From Octopus vulgaris (lineage: Eukaryota), in assembly GCA_951406725.2 (NCBI GenBank), contig OX597819.1:64914001-64978000 (forward strand): 64,000 nucleotides of DNA, written 5' to 3'. The position numbers were made by a program, and so were the translations under genes. The notes under the pieces are model-generated. The model did not search any database. It was given only the letters and a program-made list of their open reading frames with translations, and was not told the DNA's origin. Positions 55,023 to 64,000 of the stretch are shown here, piece by piece (the stretch's first letter is position 1; each line of letters opens with the position of its first letter).

Positions 55023-55714
55023 TTTATCCTTTTATTTTTTAATTGTTTCAGGTATTTGACTACGACCATGCTGGAGTAAGGGGAGAGGCCCTTAACAATT
55101 TTATCAAGAGTAGATGAAATACTCGAAAGTTTGACAACTATCTTGCAAATTTCATGATCGTTAAGATTATAATAAAATTAGAAAGTCTTTCAAATTTTGG
55201 CAAGTGACTAGAAATTTTGTAGGGAAGTTGGTAGCCGGTAACATTGACTCTAGTGCCAATTTGTTACTGATTTTATTGACACCCCCCCCCCCCCCCATAA
55301 TGATAGAAGACAAAATGGACATGGGCGGAATTTTGACCCAGTACGTAAAAGCTTCAAGATATACCGTTATGATTTTGTTTGACGCAGCATCAATTAATCC
55401 AGCTTGCCGCCTTAATAATTCTTTCTGCTATAAACACTAGGTCTAAAATTTTAGGGAGGGTTGATTACATCAACCCCAATGTTCTCTGTTACCTAATTTA
55501 TCCACCCCGAGAAGATGGAAGGCAAAGACGGCCTCGAAGGAATTTGAACTCAAAACGTAGTGACTGGCGAGATAATACTAAGCATCAACGACAGGGACGA
55601 CAGCGATAAGTACCATGATGATGATGATGATGATATTGGTTTCCAATTTTGGCACAGGGCCGGCATTTTTGATGGAGGAGTATGTCGATTACATCGACCA
55701 TAGTTCTCAACTAG

Positions 55715-56090
55715 TACTCTTTTACTGTGACCATACTGGAGCATCGCCTTTAGTCGAGCAAATCAACCCCAGGACTTATTCTTTATAAGCATAGTACTTA
55801 TTTTGTCGGTCTCTATGCCGAACCGCTAAGTTACGAGGACGTAAACACACCAGCATCGGTCGTCAAGCGATGTTAGGGGGACAAACACAGAGACACAAAC
55901 TTATACACATACATACATATATATATATAATATATACGATGGGCTTCTTTCAGTTTCCGCCTACCAAATCCACTCAGACGGCTTTGGTCGGCCCTAGGCT
56001 ATAGTAGAAGACACTCGGCCAAGGCGCCACGCAGTGGGACTGAACCGAGAACGATCTGGTTGGTAAACAAGCTACTGACGACACAGCCAC
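55715..56090 (-). mobile_element. SINE family A
   Basis: Same consensus. Further fragments at about 7355-7590, 7650-7750, 10045-10170, 10850-10990, 11152-11320, 26205-26285 and 63235-63310. Confidence 0.8.
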
Positions 56091-56382
56091 CATCGACACC
56101 GAAAGTGTGAAAGTACAAACTATCGATGATGACATCGAAAATGTAAGAAAGAAAGAAGTAAAACAGAATTATAACCATGCGTACAAATAGAAATTTGAAA
56201 GGACATTAGTGAGGAAAATCTTTTGTGAAAATGAGGAAGATGACATGAATAAACATAAAATGAACAGGAAGCATACAAGAAATAATGCGAAATTAAGACA
56301 TGCTTGCTGAGTTCTATATACACGCGCATGAGTATATTTCTAAATACTTATATATGTGCGTGTGCGTGTGTTTTTATATATG

Positions 56383-56447
<65 letters not shown>

Positions 56448-56592
56448 GATATGTACATGTGTATGTATGTATGTATGTATGATATGTACATGTGTAAGTA
56501 TGTATGTATATTTTTAGTTATCTATCTGTCTATCTATGTATCTGTCTGTCTCTCTTTCAATATCTCTCTCTTATATTTTCCACACATATATC

Positions 56593-56634
<42 letters not shown>

Positions 56635-58949
56635 CATATACATACATGTATTTACACACACATATCCATATATCCATATATACAAACATTCATGCACATG
56701 CACACACACACACACACTCACACACACCTACACACACACATACATGCACACACAAACACACATCTCTACACATATTATAAAAAAATTGCAAGAGAGAGGG
56801 AGGGGCAATTTGTAATTGGGAGAGAGAGAGAGAGTGAGGAACAGAACGCAATAACTATAATATTGATCGATGTTACATAACCCTGGAAAAACCAATCAGT
56901 TTAAGTGGTTTTGCTTGCCAATATGCTGCTGATGCATTTCCAGTCATTTCTTCAGCTGCTGTTGCACCAAAAGTACCAGCTGCAACTTTAGTTCATGCCA
57001 CCACTGCAGCTACCGCACCTGCTACTTTTGGTAGTAGTGGTGCTTAGGGAGTGGAAAGTCTTTTTCTCTTTCGTTTTTGCCCATTACTCGCTCCTCAACT
57101 TTGCTTGTGTCTATAAGGAGAAAGAAATTACGTTAACATTGTCATATTGTGCGATGCGAACCGATGTCGCTAAGATGACTTCATTTCCTAATTTGCTTAT
57201 TCGTCCATATTGGTTTTGTAAATAATAACCGTTCCACTTACTTTCCTAATGCAAAATGACAGTCTGTACTATAAAATTCTATGTAAGTTTGGATAAATGG
57301 CTGCTGGTTTTGCGGACAGCTTTGTTGATGCATATTTTTTTCATAGCGTTTGTTTTTGTTAGATATTTCTTATTGAGTAAAGAGGGATTGGGTTAACCAT
57401 TTTAGCAAGACGTAAAATAACAGAGGGAAAGATTCATTTATATAGAAATAAAAGCATATATATAAAACAAGAACAAAGAAACAATCCAGGGGAATAAGAG
57501 AAAACAATAGGAATAAAAGAAAAACGAATTCAAGAGAGCTAGAAATCAACATAACTCTGAAACACATGACTTTTGCAATTTTGGGCGATTATTTATTTAT
57601 GTATATTTGTCTACATAGGGCAGTATGTGTGTACATTTTTGTGTGTGCATATATATTTGTATATAGAAATGTCATTGTATGTACGTATGTATATTGTTAG
57701 TGATGTATGTATGGACGTATGAATATGTGTGCATACGTACACACATAATATATGCTTTTATATTTACATTCAGCAAGAGAATTGATCATGCTAGAGGTTA
57801 GCGTATTGCCTTACCTAAATGTTGCCAATCATCTGAGATACTCCAAAGCTAATTTTATTGATTATACATTGGAAAAACCGAGCACATTGTCGATGGTCCA
57901 TTTATTTTCAACTATTGCAATGTCCTTGCAAAAAAGGCTTATCACACAAGTGGTTATTTCTCTGTTGCCTGAAATATGCATTGGAATGATTTACTAATGA
58001 AAATAATGAAAATAATGTCAAACAATCTAAAAGTGACGAAGCCATATCTGGATCTCAATCTTGACTTTGTGTCATATCGTGTGTGCAAATCTGGGGCAGG
58101 ATAAATGTATTACCGATGTCCCCATTGATTTTATTGTTTATTACTCGTTCAGATTTAATAGCATGGCAGTTGTTTGTGCGCGTACGTGTGTATGTGTGTG
58201 TGTGTATGTGTGTGTGTGAGTGTGTGCGTGTGCGTACGTGCGTGCGTGCGTTGCTGTTTGGGATCAGTTCCAATGTGTGACAAGTTGAGTATTTATAGCC
58301 GCGGGACGAGTAATGCGTTGTCAACGAATTTCAGAGACAAAACTCGCGGAAGACCGTTCTATGTATGTATAAATGAATGTATGAGTGTCATTATTCAGTT
58401 TTATTTTGAGATTTGCTGATAGAGAAGGAGCCAGTTTCTAATCTAGATCTAAGGCTCCATCACTGGAACATCAACAACAGCAGCGGGGTATTTCTGCATG
58501 TATATATGCAGATTAGTAAGTTTTGTTTTATGTATGTCTTCTTATGCATATGCTTGTATGTCTAGATATCATCATATATTCTTAAATCATAAACCTCTGG
58601 AAAGTTTTACAGATTTTTACAGTTCCAGTGGATTTGTAATATTCAAAGTAGCTTTCTCGTGTCTGGTTTTGAGAAGCATAATTTCTCAAGATTGGTATTT
58701 ATGCAGTGTGTCACATATCCGAGTGTACCAATATTTATGTATGTACAAATGTATGTATGTATGTATGTATCTATCAATCTATCCATCTATCTACCTATCT
58801 ATCTAAATAGCAGTAGTGTGATTCCCTTCATGGGACTGTCACATTAAGTTCACAGTATACAACTACTCTATGGTACCACTACTGCATATATCTCTCTGAG
58901 ATATTTAGAAATGTATTATTTATATACATACATATATATATATATATGG

Positions 58950-59285
58950 GGGAAGGCGCATGGCTCAGTGGTTAGATCGTCGACCTTACGATCGTGTGTT
59001 TGTGAGTTCGATTCCCGGACCGGGCTGCATATTGTCTTCTTGAGCAAGACACCTTATTTCACGTTGGTCCAGTTCACACATCTGTAGAAATGAGTTGCGA
59101 CATCACTGGTGCCAAGCTGTATCTGCCTTTGCTTTTCCATTGGATAACATCATTCGTGTGGAGAGAAGAGGCTGGTATTTATGAGCGACTGATGGGCTTC
59201 CATAAACAAACATGCTTGGACTTTTACCTCGGAGGGTAACTTTCTAGGTGCAATCTCATGGTTATTCATGACCGAAGGGGGTCTC
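58950..59285 (+). mobile_element. tRNA-derived SINE family D
   Basis: GGCGCATGGCTCAGTGGTTAG (A box), GAGTTCGATTCCC (B box), then CTTGAGCAAGACAC and AATGAGT central motifs. Confidence 0.75.
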
Positions 59286-61008
59286 CCCATATATATAATC
59301 TTTTATAGATATGCGTGTATATATTTGTCTGTGTATTGGTGGTGAGTATGTATTTGTTTTTATGTTTGTCCCACAATCGGTGTGGGATATTTTGCCTCTA
59401 ATTTAGCAATTCGACATATAGTACCTACAGAATATGTTCAATAACTTCAGTTATTTAGTTGGACAAAACAGCTCAACGCATTTCTTCAGGTAGATCCTAG
59501 TTCGCAAAGAGATACGAGATTCTTGAAAGCGCTCAAGATAGGACAACGGGTTAAACATTTATGCCTATATAGTCTACACTCAGCATTGCCTATGTGCACT
59601 TTCAGTTTTTAAGTCAAAAGTTATATATTGAAAGATGGCTATCATTAAGTTCGTACGAAAGGTGGCTATTTATAGATTTCCTGAATATATCCATTGTTTG
59701 GCCGTCCACACGCTGACTCAAACACATGCGCCCGTAATACAATGTATTCGATTCTGTGTACTGAATTTAATTCACTTACCATCTTCTATAGTTCTTGTTC
59801 ATGATTATATCAACAAACTATTTCACTACATCTCGCTGTCAGCTGAATTTTACAGACGAAGAGACAAAACGCGAGGGACCCTGAGATATATAGTAAACGA
59901 TACAGAAGCGGTTCCACCGTTGTAATGGATTCATAAAAGCTTGCAGAACTTCTAAGTACCTCATGAGTTATTTAACCAGGAAGCTAATATGCCGTTTGTG
60001 TTCTCTTTCTATAATCTTTTTTTTGTCATTCAGGCGTAAATCATGAGCTAAGTAAGCACCTGGCAATTTATCTGGAAGAAGCAGGTTTCATTTCACCAAA
60101 AATAGCTTTCAAGTAGGAAATAACATATATTCCTATTTCTCTACCTTAATTATACTATATTTACTCTGTGCTTGAATCAAAACTGTCAATTCGCTAAAAA
60201 TATAAAATATATGGCGGCTTAAGCAATCTAATTTCTGAGGAGGCCAGCTGTACAAGACAATTTCTATACATGTTGGAAACCAAATTTCCTGATAAAGTTT
60301 TCCATATTATACTGATTTTACTTAAAGAAATTATCTCCAATTTTCGGAACATTAAGTTGATGAGATACAAATTTGTTCCAAGGGAAAACACTGAACTCTA
60401 TAAGAAACATGTCTCCTGATAACATTAAAGCTAAAACTAAGACCCATTCTCTTTATAACATGGCGAAATCGTTGCCAGGAAATAACACTTAACTCTAACA
60501 ACGCTAAATATAATAAGGTGCAACCGGTAGTTGAGAATGTGTTAAACATGACTATGATGTTACGAGGTATTTTTGAGAGTATAACTCTCTTTTTACAGGG
60601 TCTGCCTATTAAGACATTCCGATAATCCCGGAGAGCCTAATAATCTTTACATCAAGTAAATCCATTTTTTAGAATTTGTAAGTGTCATGTATGGGAAAAT
60701 GTTAAAATATTCCTCTATGCCAGTACCGCCCTAAATATAAAAGAGTAGAGGGCAAAATATGAAGGGACGTATCATTATTTCAGAATTCGGGATAGAGTTC
60801 TCTTCCATCCGAGATCACTAGTCTCTAATTATTTATTCAACTTTCATCTACAACTAGAAAAATTATTAAATTTGTATGTGTGAAAATCATTAAATTTAGA
60901 CATGTGGGGAAATGAATATGTGCAAATTACAGACATTTGTGTGGACATATACAAGTTAGCAGTACAAGAAAGTTTAATATTTTGATTCATATATCCTTAC
61001 TATTTTAA

Positions 61009-61228
61009 CCGTTTCGCATTCAAACCGGCCATATCTGGCCAAAATATTTAACCTGTTTTATATTGAAACTGACCAGATCTTACATCTCACCTCAGCCCTA
61101 CCATGTCGTTCTAAAATTAACAAATCGCATCACTGAAATCTCTAAACTACAAGATAATGCATGATTAATTCAAACCATTTTAAATAACCAAACATCACAT
61201 TTGACAGAATAATCTGAACACTAAAAGG
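61009..61228. mobile_element. piggyBac-like MITE
   Basis: TTAA|CCGTTTCGCATTCAAAC ... TCTGAACACTAAAAGG|TTAA: TTAA TSD, CC/GG ends, imperfect TIR. Confidence 0.55.
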
Positions 61229-61498
61229 TTAAAGTGTGTATGGCTTGCAGATTCTCTTTTAGGGAACCAGGCCTATACACGTAAGTGTCTACGTGTCTTT
61301 GGTTTGATACGGTAGTTGATATCATTCTTTAGACCGATGACTCAAATTATTTTATTGTTATACAAAGCTATTTCAAACGGGTACAAATTTCACACCATTA
61401 CGAGCCTATTATTAACAGATTTTAAGTACAATGATATATGAATTATCATATATGTCTATGCGTCTATATGTATATCGATACATACCTATCAATCAATC

Positions 61499-61529
<31 letters not shown>

Positions 61530-61559
61530 TTATATATATTAACATATATATATCACCAT

Positions 61560-61860
61560 GATCACCGTGACCGACCAGGATATCAGATGTTGCTACATAT
61601 CGCTGGTCACAATGCGCTTCGCATTGTTTTAGCCTTCAAATGCCGCCACATCACTGGATAAGCGAGCAGGCCAACAGAAGAAAGAATGAAAGAAAGTTGC
61701 AGCGAAAGAGTACAGCAGGGATCGCCACCACCCGCTGCAGGAGCCGCGTGGAGCTTTAGGTGTTTTCGTTCAATAAACACTCACAACGCCCGGTCTGGGA
61801 ATCGAAACCGCGATCCTACGACCGCGTGTCCGCTGCCCTAACCACTGGGCCATTGCGCCT

Positions 61861-61863
<3 letters not shown>
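61560..61863 (-). mobile_element. tRNA-derived SINE family C
   Basis: Minus strand GGAGGCGCAATGGCCCAGTGGTTAGGGCAGCGGAC...GGTTTCGATTCCCAGACC with clear A and B boxes. Relatives at 39343-39640 (+), 49876-50240 (-) and about 108-350 (+). Confidence 0.8.
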
Positions 61864-61923
<60 letters not shown>

Positions 61924-63347
61924 GCGTGTGTATGCATACACACATACATACACACGCACACACAATAAAGGGATAAGCGGTTCTTCTTGCGGTAAGTTGA
62001 ATTCTCACTGCACCTATATACCTGTACTAACGTCAATTAACAAGCCATGTGAATTTATTGGTTTAGAACTCAGCCGCTTAAAGCTACAGACATGAGAGAA
62101 AATATTAATGGATAATGAAACAGAACGAATCGAGATCAATTAAGAATGTTTTTTTTTTTACAACATAATGGAAAGTTAGGCCGATGATTTCCTGTCGACG
62201 TCATCGTTTGGGATGCAATATCTGCGGTGTTAATTCTACCCTCTTATGACAAGTTGTGTTCTGTTATAGTTCCGATTTCATGAAGACCTTTTAAACTAAA
62301 CGAAGTGAATCAGCGGAGGTTCAATACACTGTAACTTATAAATGTATTGGTACGGTGGCGACTTTTATTGATGTGTATCCAGTATGTTGCCTGGTTTGGA
62401 AGATAATTCGACACCACGATTAAGGGAATCTTTCGGTGACCAACTTCATTCATGATTTCTTCTTTACAAGTAACAAATCAGTCTTAGATTTCGCGACACA
62501 TTCATAACTGCTATAATCTCTCACATATATAAGTACGCTCTATCAACATATATACACTGGAGAATTTTATGACATGAAGAAATCAACGGTTAAGGATTTA
62601 CTTCTTGGGCTTTGGTTGAATTATGGACCTTATTAATTACTAGTTTAGTACTTTGAAGAAGAAATATCGATACACAAATATTCTATGCTCTTCGGATTCC
62701 CGTAAAATATTACTTCCCTTTTCGTCAAAAAATACATATCTTGGTGTTGACCGAAAGCTAACAGTATTCGGGCTATTTAAATACTATTTAAAAGTATTTG
62801 AGCTTCTACAATTTAAATGGTAGTAACGAAGCAACCCCAGTTAAAGAGTCTTCTACTTATTCAGACCTCTAAATATTTCCAACTCAGAATATCATTTATG
62901 GAATGTTGTTACATAAAGAGATTAAACTGTAACTTACATTTTTGAAGGTCACATGTAATGTGCGAATCAATAAACGTTTTAGAGAAACTATATTAATTTC
63001 GTTAATTGTAATACTCGCAGGACATTTCTATCGGAAATAAATACATCGACTAGAAAAAGAATCAAGTAAAATGCTGTTAATTATGAACATTCAATAAATG
63101 AATTGTATTGAGATGTGATTCACAGTAGTGTGACCTTGTGGTTTTTCGTTATATTTATTACATCTAAGATAATCCAGGGCACATTCCATGAAAATTTGTA
63201 TGCATATGTGAAACTGTGAAAGAATGGACTCATTTGTAGCTGTGCTTCTCAACCACATAGTTACAGGTTCGGTCGCACTGCGTAGCACCTTCGCTTGGTA
63301 TATTCTACGATAACCTTCTAATAGATATGTGTATATATATATGTGTA

Positions 63348-63578
63348 AGGCGGCGAGCTGGCAGAAACGTTAGCACGCCGGGCGCAATGCTTAACCGTAT
63401 TTCGCCTGCCGTTACGTCCTGAGTTCAAGTTCCTTCGAAGTCGACTTTACATTTCATTCTTTTGGCATCGATTAAATAAGTACCAGTTACGCACTGGGGT
63501 CGATATAATCGGCTTAATGCGTTTGTCTGTCCTTGTTTGTTCTCTCTGTGTTTAGCCCCTTCTGGGTAGTAAAGAAAT
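63348..63578 (+). mobile_element. SINE family B monomer
   Basis: Full head and one unit. Other copies or fragments at about 3345-3525 (-), 10737-10820, 47625-47760 and 55430-55560. Confidence 0.8.
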
Positions 63579-63828
63579 GTATATATTTATACATGTGTGC
63601 TTTTGTATTTGTGTGTGAATGTGAGGGCGTGTGCTTATTTGTGTGTGTATAAATATTTGTGTGTGTGTGTATGTCCGTATGAGCGCGTGTGTTGTATAAT
63701 CTATATGTGCATATTTATATATATATCAGTGGCAACTTGCATTATTTCAAGCAATTTTATTCTGCATTATTTACATTTTTTACATTATTTTCATTTGACG
63801 GATATTTGTCCCCATCGTGTGTGTTGTT

Positions 63829-63873
63829 AACACAACGTTTCGGTTGATATACCCCCAGCCTTCATCAGGTGCC
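63829..63873 (-). ncRNA. Minimal hammerhead motif
   Basis: Minus strand GGCAC CTGATGA A GGCTG GGGGTATAT CAACC GAA ACGT T^ GTGTT; extra A after A9; palindromic ACGT. Confidence 0.6.
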
Positions 63874-63935
63874 CACCTAGTGTTTAAGAGCGCGAGCGAC
63901 TAACTCCAATATTCCGAGTTCGATTCTTGAAGTGG

Positions 63936-64000
<65 letters not shown>

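Noticed and set aside
61790-61863. tRNA gene (also 58950-59025 and other heads)
   Set aside because: A and B boxes are present but the sequence continues into a SINE body and lacks a paired acceptor stem.

Overview
AT-rich, microsatellite-dense eukaryotic DNA with no recognisable host gene. The repeat families look like those of an octopus/coleoid cephalopod genome (inference from memory, not a search). Nearly all ORFs in the track are translations of (TA)n, (CA)n, (TATC)n or (TACA)n repeats. Real content is transposon-derived: a 15.2-kb GG-terminated element with 265-bp TIRs and a perfect 8-bp TSD (Merlin-like, 4909-20089); inside it, Helitron-like elements and a mariner with a nested DD41D Tc1/mariner; a 5'-truncated CR1/Jockey-group LINE; R4/Dong-like RT fragments; an internally deleted RTE; and many tRNA-derived SINEs, some inserted as dimers or trimers inside one TSD. 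The most striking signal is a set of short fold-back elements, mostly next to (TA)n, that carry minimal type-I hammerhead ribozyme (HHR) motifs with palindromic helix III, as described for Penelope-like elements. One family joins such a motif to a tRNA-like SINE head.
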